From Mobula hypostoma (Eukaryota): a DNA stretch of 64,000 bases. Made by a program: the position numbers and the translations under genes. Shown piece by piece: positions 22,690-34,365 of this stretch. Position 1 is the first letter of the stretch; every line of letters starts with the position of its first letter. Under the pieces are notes generated by a model that was not told where the DNA came from, did no database searches, and worked only from the letters and a program-made list of their open reading frames with translations. The stretch lies in assembly GCF_963921235.1 (NCBI RefSeq), contig NC_086097.1:247630001-247694000 (forward strand). The letters run 5' to 3'.

Positions 22690-23072
22690 TCCTCTCTCCT
22701 CACTATTACCATCGGGAAAGATCTACAGGAATCTTAGATCCCACACCACCAGGTTCAGGAACAGTTATTACCCTTCAAACATCAGGCTCCTGAACTGGTG
22801 TGGATAACTTCACGCACTGTACCACTGAACTGATTCCACATCTACAGACTCACTTTCAAGGAATCTTTACAACTCATCTTCTCAGTATTATTTATTTTTT
22901 ATTTGCCCTATTTGTCTTCTTTTACACATCAGTTGTTTGTCAGTCTTTGTTTACGTATCGTTTTTCATAGAATCTATTGTTTCATTACTTTCCTGTAAAT
23001 ATCTGCAAGAAAATGAAACCCAAGGTAGTATATGGTAAGACATTCACACTGTGATAATAAATTCACTTTGAA
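22690..23072 (+). mobile_element. Rex1/Babar 3' end
   Basis: CCACACCACCAGGTTCAGGAACAGTTATTACCC 3' region and ATAATAAATTCACTTTGAA tail. Confidence 0.75.
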
Positions 23073-23223
23073 TTTGGCATTAGTTTGGGGGTGATGACTT
23101 TGCAACAATCAAGGTATCTGTACAACTTGGGTTAACAGTCTGACCACCCTGCCTTTCCCGAAGAAGGTACTCAACCAGTTTCTCTCCCCTACCCCTCACC
23201 ATAAAACTTGGCTTTCAATCCAG

Positions 23224-23418
23224 TTTGCCGCAGGAAGCTCCAGTGGGTGAAATTAGGACCAAATTGAATTCTGTAACATCTTCACCAACGTTTCAGCAAC
23301 TAAACCGCCCAGTCGCAAGGCAGATGAAACGTGACATTGGCCCATTTTGTCTCGGAAGAACCGATGACACTTTCAAAGACCCTGCACTGCAGGACAGCCT
23401 GATTAAACAAAATATAAA
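23224..23418 (+). CDS. Candidate host-gene internal exon (195 nt, phase 2/2, unidentified)
   Basis: Acceptor CTTTCAATCCAG with upstream pyrimidine tract, donor AA|GTAGGC, open frame LPQEAPVGEIRTK...GPFCLGRTDDTFKDPALQDSLIKQNI, in non-repeat sequence. Confidence 0.35.
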
Positions 23419-23781
23419 GTAGGCCCTTCAAATGAAGATTGGTAGCAGACTGCTTCAGCGTCAAAAAAATCAGAGTATTTTCAGTGAGATTGTGAAATTA
23501 GTGTGGTTGAATTGGTGATCAGGTGGCTGGTGTTGTTTTGGGTTAATAGGCTGAGAAATTTAAATGCATAATATTAAAAACTACGAGAATGTACACTTAA
23601 ACTGGTCAGTTTAGCCTTAAATGGTGGGAAGCAAGACCTTTTAATTATTATTATGCAGATTATGGAGAAATATCCAGTGTTTTTGCATTTGCAAATGCAG
23701 TCATTTTGATTCTAAGATTCAAGATTCAAGATTGTTTAATCTCATCTGGATCTGATGAACTTTGAACTTTGAACCGTAGAT

Positions 23782-23867
23782 CAGGTGTTCCCAATTCCCA
23801 ACCTGGTGTCCACGGACACCTTGGCTAATGGTAAGGTCTAGGGCATAAAAAATGTTAGGAACCCCTG
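23782..23867. mobile_element. Short hAT-type MITE
   Basis: TIR-like CAGGTGTTCCCAA...TTAGGAACCCCTG; related copy at 26902-26983. Confidence 0.6.
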
Positions 23868-24094
23868 CTGTAAACTCACATTCAAGAATCTATAACTCAT
23901 TATTTATTTGTTTGTTTATTTCTTTATTATTTCCTATTTTGCACATTGGTTGTCAGAATTTGTTATGTATAGTACCGAGTTCAACTTCAAGTTCATTACA
24001 GTACACATGCATACTGCCAAACAAAACAATATTCCTGCAGCCCAAGGTCCACAACACAGTACACATATAACTCACACACAACACATACGTGATA

Positions 24095-24440
24095 GTAGAC
24101 CATAAGACCATCAGATATAGGAGCAGAATTGGGCTAATTGGCCATTTCATCATGGCTGATCCATTTCCATCTCGGCCCCCATCTCCCGCCTTCTCCCTGT
24201 TTCCCTTCATGTACTGACCAATCAGGAATCTATCAACCTCTGCCTTAAATATACGTAAAGATTTAGCCTTCACAGCTACTTGTGGCAACAAATTCCACAG
24301 ATTCACCATTCTCTGGCTAAAGAAATTCCTTCTTATCTCCATTCTAAAAGGATGCCCCTCTATTCTGAGGCTGTATCTTCTGGTCTTAGACTCTCCCACT
24401 AATAAGTGTTTCATAAACAATCTTTCCACGTCCACTTTAT
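24095..24440 (-). mobile_element. CR1 3' end
   Basis: RRNFFSQRMVNLWN C-terminus with (TCTTATGG)n tail. Confidence 0.85.
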
Positions 24441-24569
24441 CACTTAATTATCATTCAACCATACAGTAGTATCCATGAATACAGCCAAGTGAAAGAACGT
24501 TCCTCTAGGGCCAAGGTACAAAACACAAACCCAACAGTCATACACAGCACAAGGCACACATAGCACATA

Positions 24570-24998
24570 GCCTGGTTTAGAGAGTATGCATTATGATCAG
24601 AGATTAAAGGAGCTAGGGCTTTACTCTTTGGAGAGAAGGAGGATGAGAGGAGACATGATAGAGGTGTATAAGATAATAAGAGGAATAGATAGAGTGGATA
24701 GCCATCGCCTCTTCCCCAGGGCACCACTGCTCAATACAAGAGGACATGGCTTTAAGGTAAGGGGTGGGAAGTTCAAGGGGGATATTAGAGGAAGGTTTTT
24801 TACTCAGAGAGTGGTTGGTGCGTGGAATGCACTGCCTGAGTCAGTGGTGGAGGCAGATACACTAGTGAAATTTAAGAGACTATAGACAGGTGTATGGAGG
24901 AATTTAAGGTGGGGGCTTATATGGGAGGCAGGGTTTGAGGGTCGGCACAACATTGTGGGCCGAAGGGCCTGTACTGTGCTGTACTGTTCTATGTTCTA
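24570..24998 (+). mobile_element. CR1 3' end
   Basis: LGLYSLERRRMRGDMIEVYK...FFTQRVVGAWN; tail TGTTCTATGTTCTA. Confidence 0.9.
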
Positions 24999-25037
24999 TA
25001 TAAGATAGCAGTAAGCCACAAATGAATAAACAAATAA

Positions 25038-25412
25038 TATCATCATCATTACACACCTTGTCATATGATATGGGTGATCACAGTCTCTTGACCATGATTG
25101 TTCTTGGTAAATTTTTCTACAGAAGTAGTTTGTCATTGCCTTCCTCTGGGCAGTGTCTTTACAAGACGGGTGACCCCAGCCATTATCAATGCTCTTCAGA
25201 GGTTGTCTGCCTGGTGTCAGTGGTCAGATAACCAGGACTTGTGATATGCACCAGTGGCTCATACAACCATCCATCACCTGCTCCTATGGCTTCACATGAC
25301 CCTGATTGGGGGGCTAAGCAGGTGCTACACCTTGCCCAAGGGTGACCTGCAGGCCAGTGGAGGAAAGGAGCACCTTGCACCTCCTTTGGTACAGACGTAT
25401 CTCCACCTCACC
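25038..25412 (-). mobile_element. Non-autonomous RTE (BovB-like) derivative
   Basis: GAAGGCAATGACAAACTACTTCTG motif on the minus strand, resembling the BovB/RTE UTR motif GGCAATGGCAAACCACT; (GAT)n tail. Confidence 0.55.
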
Positions 25413-25658
25413 ATTCAAACAAATAGTAAATGTTTCATAAGTTTTATTGTATTCCTTATTTTTCTGTAAACATCTGCAAGAAAATGAATCTCAAGGTAGT
25501 ATATGGTGACATATACTGTATGTACTTTGATAATGAATTTATTTTGACTTTAAGGATTGATTGACACACCCTGTAACACTTTTCTACCAAGCCGTTCCAT
25601 TTTGGAGCTGTGTGTTTTCTGCAAAAAGTTTTACAATCCCAGAGACATGAAACTAAGT

Positions 25659-26858
25659 GGGATGGACTTCAGTAAGGCCTTTGACAAGGTTCCACACGGA
25701 AGGTTAGTTCGGAAGGTTCAATCGTTAGGTATTAATATTGAAGTAGTAAAATGGATTCAGCAGTGGCTGGATGGGAGACGCCAAAGAGTGATGGTGGATA
25801 ACTGTTTGTCAGGTTGGAGGCCGGTGACTACTGGTGTGCCTCAGGGATCTGTACTGGGTCCAATGTTGTTTGTCATATACATTAATGATTTGGATGATGG
25901 GGTGGTAAATTGGATTAGTAAGTATGCAGATGATACTAAGATAGGTGGCGTCGTGGATAATGAAGTAGGTTTTCAAAGCTTGCGGAGAGATTTAGGCCAG
26001 TTAGAAGAGTGGGCTGAAAGATGGCAGATGGAGTTTAATGCTGATAAGTGTGAGGTGCTACATTTTGGTAGGACTAATCAAAATAGGACATACATGGTAA
26101 ATGGTAGGGCACTGAGGAATGCAGTAGAACAGAGGGATCTAGGAATAATGGTGCATAGTTCCCTGAAGGTGAAATCTCATGTGGATAGGGTGGTGAAGAA
26201 AGCTTTTGGTATGCTGGCCTTTATAAATCAGAGCATTGAGTATAGGAGTTGGGATGTAGTGTTAAAATTGTACAAGGCTTTGGTAAGGCCAAATTTGGAG
26301 TATTGTGTACAATTCTGGTCACCAAATTATAGGAAAGATGTCAACAAAATAGAGAGAGTACAGAGAAGATTTACTAGAATGTTACCTGGGTTTCAGGACC
26401 TGAGTTACAGAGAAAGGTTGAACAAGCTGGGTCTTTATTCTTTGGAGCGTAGAAGGTTGAGGGGTTGAGGGGGGACTTAATAGAGGTATTTAAAATTATG
26501 AGGAGGATAGATAGAGTTGACGTGGATAGGCTCTTTCCATTGAGATTAGGGGAGATTCAAACAAGAGGACATGAGTTGAGAGTTAGGGGACAAAAGTTTA
26601 GGGGTAACACGAGGGGGAACTTCTTTACTCAGAGAGTGATGGCTGAGTGGAACTAGCTTCCAGTAGAAGTGGTTAAGGCAGTTTCGACATTGTCTTTTAA
26701 AGTAAAATTGGATAGGTATATGGACAGGAAAGGAATAGAGGGTTATGGGCTGAGTGCAGGTCAGTGGGACTAGGTGGGAGTAAGCGTTCGGCATGGACTA
26801 GAAGGGCTGAGATGGCCTGTTTCCGTGCTGTAATTGTTATATGGTTATATGGTTATAT
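25659..26858 (+). mobile_element. CR1 LINE, 5'-truncated RT
   Basis: MDFSKAFDKV, GVPQGSVLGP, KYADDTK; a short GTTGAGGG duplication near 26456-26471 shifts the frame; (TATGGTTA)n tail. Confidence 0.95.
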
Positions 26859-26901
26859 TTGATATTTGAATGTCAGACCAACAAACGGAGTTTGACTTAT
26901 A

Positions 26902-26983
26902 ACAGGGGTTCCCAGCCCCAGGTTCCATAGACCCCTTGCTTAATGGTATTGGTCCATGGGATAAAAATGATTGGGAACCCCCG
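26902..26983. mobile_element. Short hAT-type MITE
   Basis: CAGGGGTTCCCA...TGGGAACCCCCG terminal inverted repeats. Confidence 0.65.
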
Positions 26984-27319
26984 ATTTATATTAACAGGCA
27001 GCTTTCTGATCCATGCATCATTCCATCCCATCGCTGACATCACACTCCTCAAATGAATATGCTGTCATATACAGTACTGTGCACAAGTCTGACGGCATCA
27101 AGGACATCTTCAAATGACGATGCCTCAGAAAATTGGTATCCATCATTAAAGACCTCCATCACTCCAGATATGCCCTCTACTCACTGAGGAGGTACAGGAG
27201 CCCGAAGCCACACACTCAACGATTCAGGAACAGCTTCTTCCCCTCTACCGTCAGACTTTTGAATGGACAATGAACCACTGAATATTACCTCAATATTTGC
27301 TCTCTTTTTGCACAACTTG

Positions 27320-27812
27320 CAGTACTGTGCAAAAGTCTTTGGCGCATATATACAGTATAGCTAGGGTGTTTAAGAATTTTGCATATTTGTCAACGTGGAA
27401 TGGACAGTGAGTTTGTAAATCTGGTGGGAGCAAAGGATGCTGGGAATGGCGAGGGTGGAGGACGGTGGCAGAGAAGGAGTGCTGGGGGGGGGGGGGCTGA
27501 GGACACACCCAGCCCTGAGGCACCAGGCAATGTCATTTGATTCCAAACAATTGGTTTATTGCTCATTACAGAATGTCTCTCTGATACTTTCTGCTCCCTT
27601 CCCCTTTTCCTAACCATGATTCCCCTCTCTTCCTGCCCCCTTCCCACTCTCAGTCCACAATAGAGACCCATATCAGAATCAGGTTTATCATCCTCAAGTA
27701 TGTCATTTTTTTTCTTTGTGACAACACAGTTCAGTCCAATACGTATATAAAATTACTACAGTATTAGGCACCCTAACTATATACTGTATATGTGACTAAG
27801 AGTTTTGCACAA
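27320..27812. mobile_element. Tc1/mariner-type MITE
   Basis: TIR-like CAGTACTGTGCAAAAGTCT at the start and degenerate inverse AGAGTTTTGCACA at the end. Confidence 0.55.
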
Positions 27813-28002
27813 GATTGAAGGCACTCTGATAATAAATTTACTTTAGACTTTGAACATATATTGTCTCAAAGGCAGAATATCTGCTGATTAGTTGTAAAGT
27901 TTTGTAACTTTATTGATGTTGGAAACCTGTGAATATACCTCACTCTCTGTTACGCTGAACCTGTGGCCACATAAGCAATAATTAACAATTAAAAGGTATT
28001 AT

Positions 28003-28326
28003 AACAACACCAACGCCTCCGTTGGTTGGAGTCAACCATGGATGTTGTGCCCTGGCTGTCTAGACACGCAAGCCAGGGCAGAGCAATACAGAGAGCAAGC
28101 TGCTGCCCATGTAGCAGGTTCCCTCTCTCCATGCATCTGTTGAATCCAAAGGAACGCAGAGACCAGTACAGTTTGGTGCCAGCGGCGTCGCAGGAGTGGC
28201 CTGTCAGCGTTGAACTCAATGTAGGACTGTCTTAGCGACTCCAGCTCTGAATTTTTCCCTTGGGGTTTACTTCCCCATGAGTGGGTATAGACCCAAGGCA
28301 GGGGAGGCTTGAGATCAGAGTTTTCC
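28003..28326 (-). mobile_element. Bipartite non-autonomous RTE derivative
   Basis: Minus strand aligns with the RTE 5' UTR (13150-13420: GGAAAACTCTGAT..., CCCACTCATGGG, AGAGCTGGAGTC), then an RTE-like 3' end (ATCCATGG...GACT); (TTG)n tail. Confidence 0.75.
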
Positions 28327-28419
28327 GAATTCTTATAACAACATAAGGACATCAGACATAGTCGTAGTAGAGGGATCACTTGATTATGATGTGTCATCAT
28401 CTTCCACCAGTTCCAGCAT

Positions 28420-28792
28420 TGAGTCCTAGGTTGGATCACTCTTTGTTGCCCCTTAACCATTGGGCTCTTGAACCAGTGGGGATAACTTCACTTGACCCAT
28501 CGCTGAACTGTTCCCACAAACTATGGACTCACTTTCAAGGTCTCTTCATCTCATGTGCTCGATATTTTATTGCTTATTTATTTATTATTAATTTTTTTCT
28601 TTCTTTTTGTATTTGCACAATTTGTTGTCTATAGCACATTGGTTGTTTATTCATCTTGTTGCAGACACTCTTTCATTGATTCTGTTGTTTCTTGTATTCA
28701 CTGTGATTGGCTTCCAGAAAATGAATCTCAGGGTTGTATATGGTGACATATATGTACTTTGATAATAAATTTACTTTGACCCTTGAACTTTG
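28420..28792 (+). mobile_element. Rex1/Babar 3' UTR
   Basis: GAATCTCAGGGTTGTATATGGTGACATATATGTACTTTGATAATAAATTTACTTTG tail. Confidence 0.7.
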
Positions 28793-29471
28793 TCTGGAAC
28801 CTCCCCCTTGACCTTATCAACATGGGTGACCTTACTAGGAGCTAAGCGTCAGCTGGCTAAGCTCCAGTCAGCATTGATCTTGGGAGCTCAGGGAGACTCA
28901 AGCCTCTCCACCATGACAACGTGACAACGTCCGAGGAAGAACAGAAGTAGGAGAAAGCTATTCAACCCTTCGTGCCTGCTCCATATTGTAACACTGTGGC
29001 TGATCTTCCACCTCAGCACAGATGTCCTGAACTAATCCTAGATGAACAAAGTTCAATGTTCAACAAAGTGAAACACAGAACACAGTAATTCCTCATTTCT
29101 CTCTGATATAGCCCTAAGATCCTCATTCTTGTTCTCTGGTGACTGTACATTTGCTAACAAGCTGCTGGGTGGATGAACTTTCATTGCTTGGCATCTCAGT
29201 CTGGTTTGGAGACCTCCCCTCCTCCTCCTTTTCTGGCTATGTGATACACCTACACCTGATTAAAGGTCCCGTACCTGCATGCTTGGGAATATAGTCTACA
29301 GAATTGTACAGAAGACGATGAGATCTCCAGTGTATTGAGATGGTTCAAAAGTCCGTTGCTTAAATGGAAATTACAGGCTGCAGATTGCAGTGAGAGCAGT
29401 TCAGAAGAAGTATATTTTGAGGTTTTGTAAGCTGCCCGCAACACGTCATCTTAGTAAGGGTGCAAAAAGAT

Positions 29472-29970
29472 CATAGAACGTAGAACAGTACAACACAGTA
29501 CAGGCCCTTCGGCAGCCCTTTGACCTACTCCAGGATCAATCTAGCCTTCCATTTTTCTTTTACCCACATGCCTATCTAAATGTCTGTAATGCATCTGCCT
29601 GTACAACCACCCTTGCAGTGCAATCCACATACCCACGTCTCTCTGTGTGAGAAACCTACCTTGATATACCCCTACACTTCCCTCAAAACACCTTAAAATG
29701 ATTCCCCCTTATATTAGCCATTTTCAGCCTGGGAAAAAGGTGCTGGCTGTCCACTCAATCTATGTTTCTTTTCATCTTGTACAGCTCTATCAAGTCACCT
29801 CTCATCCTCTTTCAGTCCACAGGCAAAAGCCCCAGCTCACTTAATCTACCTCACAAGACATGCTCTCTAATCCAGGCAGCAGCCTGGTAAATCTCTTCCG
29901 CACCCTCTCCAAAGCTGTCACACCCTTCCTATAATGAGGCAACCAGAGCTGAACACAATATTCCAAGTGA
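29472..29970 (-). mobile_element. CR1 3' fragment, decayed
   Basis: Reverse complement of the HLEYCVQLW...LPGLE...RGDLIEL region plus tail. Confidence 0.8.
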
Positions 29971-30064
29971 CACAATATCTTTGAGTCCCTTAATATCCAA
30001 AAATCTATTGATCAACTGTAAAGAGAAAACTGTCCCAAGAAAATACGGAAATGTTTACCACTTC

Positions 30065-31350
30065 AGAATCAATCAGAATCAGGTTTAATATCACCAGCAT
30101 ATGTTGTGAAATTTGTTGTCTTCGTGGCAGCAGTACTATGCAATACATAACAATAGGAAAAAGCATAAATGACAGGAAGTTTTATATATAGGGGACGGGT
30201 GAGTCCGGGGCTGGATGTCCTGCTCACTTAAGAAGGTAAAGTGTCTTCCATATCTCTCCATTCCAGCTGCAGTGATCACCGCAGGACCACGGTTCGGCTC
30301 GCCATGCAGGAGCTCACTCACATACGGCCTCTCCTACCCTGCTGCATCCATACCAACGCCTTCACGTGGCGTCCTTGTTCTTACTGAGTTTGCTATGTCA
30401 TGGCGTGACCGAGTGTCCGGCGGTATAACTGGGCGGGCAGGCTGGGATCATCAGCCTCAGCTGGCAGCCAGCCTAGGCCAATTCCCATTCCAAACCCGGG
30501 TAGATGGGGCTTGTTAGCCTTGCCAGGCAGTCTGCCTAGGAGATGGAAAACTCCGATTCCAAACCCAGGTAGATGGGGCTTGTTAGCCTTGCCAGACAGT
30601 CTGTCTAGGAGAAGGAAAACTCCAATACTCAACTTTCAGCCTCGCGGTTGCCGCAGTCATCGCAGCTCACTGTGCCATTGTGGAACGTCCCCGGCCTAAA
30701 GAGTGGAATCGGTCCACGTGCACTAATCCTCACTGTAAATCTACGCTGTGCAGGTGGGAAGAAAAGTCCTGCAGCGATGATTCCCTTCTGATCTTCACAA
30801 GCGAAGAACCAGTCAACCATTTTTTATATATAAATAAATATACATAAAAATAGTTAAATTAAATAAGTAGTGAAAAAATAGAAATAAAAAAAGTAGTGAG
30901 GTAGTGTTCATGGGTTCAATGTTCGCTCAACAATCTGATGGCAGAGGGGAAGACGATTTTCCTGAATCATTGAGTGTGTGCCTTTGGGCTTCTGTACCTC
31001 CTTCCTGATGGCAGCAATGAGAACAAGACATGCCCCGGGTGATGAGGGCCCTTAATGATGGATGCTGCCTTTTTGAGGCATCATTCCTTGACGATGTCCT
31101 GGATACCACAGAGGCTGATGCCCTTGATGGACTGACAAAGTTTACAACTCTCTGCAGCTTACTTCGATCCTGTGCAGTAGCCCCTCCCCCATACCAGACG
31201 GTGATGCAGCAAGTTAGAATGCTTTCCACAGTACATATGTAGAAATTTGCGAGTGTCTTTGGTGACAGATTAAATCTCCTCAGCCTCCTTATGAAATATA
31301 CCTGCTGTTGTGCCTTCTTTGTAGCTGCATCAATTTGTTGAGTCCAGGTT
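30065..31350 (-). mobile_element. Rex1/Babar 3' part, interrupted at 30191-30821
   Basis: ESILTCCITVWYGGGATAQDRSKLQRVV; 3' UTR and (GATTCT)n tail. Confidence 0.82.
30191..30821 (+). mobile_element. Non-coding non-autonomous RTE-related element with 11-bp TSD and internal 69-bp tandem duplication
   Basis: TSD TTTTATATATA at 30180-30190 and 30822-30832. The duplicated unit (30487-30624) resembles RTE 5' UTR 13103-13169. Confidence 0.75.
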
Positions 31351-31364
31351 AGATCTTCCGAAAT

Positions 31365-31632
31365 GTACAGTGAACTCTGTTGCTTGTATCAAATCAAATC
31401 AGCAAGGATTGTGTTGGGGACAGCCTGCAAATCAGGACGTAGGATGCCCAGAACTCACTAACCCTAACCTTTATGTCTTTAGACTGTGGGGGGAAACCGG
31501 AACACCCACGGGAAACCCGTGTGGTCACTGGGAGAATGTACAAATCCCTTACCAACAGGGCGGGATTTGAAGCCTGCTTTTATAGCTGAAGTAACAGCAT
31601 TACACTAACTGTTACATTACCACGACACCCGT
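31365..31632 (-). mobile_element. tRNA-derived SINE (V-SINE-like)
   Basis: Minus-strand TTTGTACATTCTCCCAGTGACCACACGGGTTTCCCGTGGGTGTTCCGGTTTCCCCCCACAGTC central motif. Confidence 0.65.
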
Positions 31633-31891
31633 AACATTGAGGCTAATGTTATTAAATGTTTAAGGCCTGCAAATTGAAGTGTACAGCTATAATTGTACAG
31701 GCCAGCATTACTGTGTTAAATTAAGCCATATTCTCCGTCAAAACTTATATCAGGATACAGTGTTGATATTTCTAACACAGTTTCAAGATGCATTTCTGCC
31801 AACCCAAGTGTTTCATAGTAAAAACATTACAAATCTACTGTAAGCACCGGCAGACAAAATAAGCAAAGGATCCTCTCATACTCCTGAACAC

Positions 31892-32845
31892 CATAGAACA
31901 TAAAGCACAGGAGCAAGCCCTTTGACCCACAATGTTGGCCCAACCAATTAAACTAGAAACCAAATGGTCAACTAAACTAATCTCTTCTGCCAACACAATG
32001 TCACATTCATGTGCCTATCTAAACGTCTCTTAAAAATTGGACTGTGGTCGGGCATGGCAGGGAGAGTTTTCTTCCTTCTCCCGCCTGCGTGAGATGTGGG
32101 ACTTTAAAGAGACTTTGAACTTTTTTTACCGTGCCCATGGCCTGTTCTTCATCAAGTTACGGTATTGCTTGCACTGTTGTAACTATATGTTATAATTATG
32201 TGGTTTTTGTCAGTTTTTCAGCCTTGGCCTGTCTTGTGTTTCTGTGATATCACACCAGAGGAATATTGTATCATGTCTTAATGCATGCATTACTAAATGA
32301 CAATAAAAGAGGACTGCGTGTCCTCATAATCTAATCTAAAAAAATCCCTAAAATGCCTGCCTCTACCACCATACCAGGCAGCGTATTCTAGGCACCCACA
32401 ACTCTCTGCATAAAAAACTTGCCTCTCACATCCCCTTTGAAATTTCCCCCTCTCACCTTAAATGTATGCCATCTGGTATTAAACATTTCAACCCTGGGAA
32501 AAATATACTCTCTGTCTACTCTGTCCGTGCTTCTAATAATCACGTACACCTCCATCAGATCTCCCCTCACCCTCCGGCACTCCAGAGAAAACAACCCAAG
32601 TTTGTGCAACCTCTCGTTATAGCACATGCTCTCTAATCCAGGCAACATCCTGGTAAACCTCGACTGCACCCTCTCCAAAGCCTCGACAGCCTTCTTGTAA
32701 TGGGGTGACCAGAACTGTATGCAATACTCCAGATACAGCTGAACTAGAGTTCTATGAAGCCGCAACTTTTCAACTCAATGCCTCGATTAATAAAGACAAA
32801 CGTACCATAGACCTTCTCTACCACCCTATCAACCTGTGCAGGCAC
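31892..32845 (-). mobile_element. CR1 3' part, interrupted by a plus-strand LINE tail at ~32040-32340
   Basis: ORF 32388-32765 LEYCIQFWSPHYKK...FFMQRVVGA; the tail resumes left of the insert. Confidence 0.85.
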
Positions 32846-33009
32846 CAGTCCTGATACTCTCGGAGACTGCAAAGCACCAGGTTGCTCAATCAGCCCAAAA
32901 ACACCCCATCAAATTGTTAAACACATTGGAGGGGGGAGCAGAAAAGTGTCAAGATTTGAGAAAGGGAGCTAAATTATAACAGAGTGGAGAAAGGCTGGTG
33001 TGATCTGAC

Positions 33010-33297
33010 CAGTGACCTTGCCTTCATGCCTTACAAGGCGCGAAATGAAAGACTGCGTGACGTGCCACTCCTCACACAGACAGTGGGTGGCCGTTGACTC
33101 ACAAGGAGTTCATCCGACCTTTGACAGGTTTTGTTTTTAGTCCTGCTGGGTGCCTACACACCCTCCTCCCTGGTTAACCGAAGTGCACCAGGGGGTGTGA
33201 CGGTTGAGTCGCCGACAACCCGACCCCAGACAGGTAGTCCTGGGCTACCTGGTACCAGTAGCAAGGTAAGGCCCTGACCTAACAGTAGTAGTAGTAG
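33010..33297 (+). mobile_element. Non-coding element with (TAG)n tail, probable RTE-dependent retroposon
   Basis: 3' end AGGCCCTGACCTAACAGTAGTAGTAGTAG resembles the 3' end AGGCCTGAGTTGACATAGTAATAGTA of the RTE at 19182. Confidence 0.5.
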
Positions 33298-33489
33298 CGA
33301 CCGAACCAGACATCAGACGTTTGCGAAGCAGAGAATTTTACGCAGATCTGCAGCCTGAGTAGATTGATTAGCAAGAGCAAATTTAAAGAAGGCAGAGGCA
33401 AGAGCAGTGGCTATCGTCAGAGTGGAGAGAGTTATAGTGGTGAGGCTTTAGTGAAGAGAGGCTTCAGTCTGAGAAAGGATGAGGTAAAT

Positions 33490-34365
33490 GTGATTGCAGC
33501 AGGACTTAGACAAACTGGAAGAATGGGCAAAAAACTGGCAGATAGAATACAGTGTTGGGAAAAGTATGATAATGCATTTTTGTAAAGGCAACAATAGTGT
33601 GACTATTAGCAAAATGGGAAGAAGGTTCAAACATCAGAGGTGCAGAGGGACTTGGGAGTCCCCGTGCAAGACTCCCAGAAAGTTAATTTACAGGTTGAGT
33701 CTGTGGTAAAGAAGGGAAATGCAATGCTGGGATTTATTTCAAGGGGAATAGAATATAAAAGCAAGGAGATAATGCTGAGCTTTTACAGGACACTAGTCAG
33801 GCTGCACTTAGAGTATTATCAACAGTTTTTGGGCCCCGTATCTCAGAAAGGATGTGTTGTCATTGGAGAGAGTCCAGAGCAGGTTCACGAGGATGATTCT
33901 GGGAATGAAGGGGTTAACATAAGAGGAGTGTTTGGCAACTTTGGGCCTGTACTCATTGAAATTGAGATGAATGCAGGGGGATCTCATTGAAACCTACCGA
34001 ATGTTGAAAATCAAGGTAGGGTGGGTGTGGAGAGGATGTTTCCTGTGGTGGGGGTATCCAGAACTAGAGGGCACATCTTCAAAATTGAGGGGTGACCTTT
34101 TAGAACAGAGGTAAGGAGGAATTTCTTTAGCCAGAGAGTAGTGAATCTGTGGAATTCTCTGCCACAGACTGTGGTGGAGGCCAAGTCTGTGGGCATATTT
34201 AAGGCAGAAGTTGATCACTTCTTGATCGGTTCAGGGCATCAAAGGATATGTTGAGAAGGCAGGTGTATAGGGTTGAGTGGGATCCAGGATCAGCCATGAT
34301 GGAATGACGGGGCAGACTCGATGGGCTGAATGGCCTAATTTTTCTCCTTGTCTTATGGTGTTATA
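33490..34365 (+). mobile_element. CR1 3' part, nested in the 5' region of another CR1
   Basis: QQDLDKLEEWAKNWQ...RLHLEYYQQF, (TCTTATGG) tail; same subfamily as 45350-46205. Confidence 0.9.
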
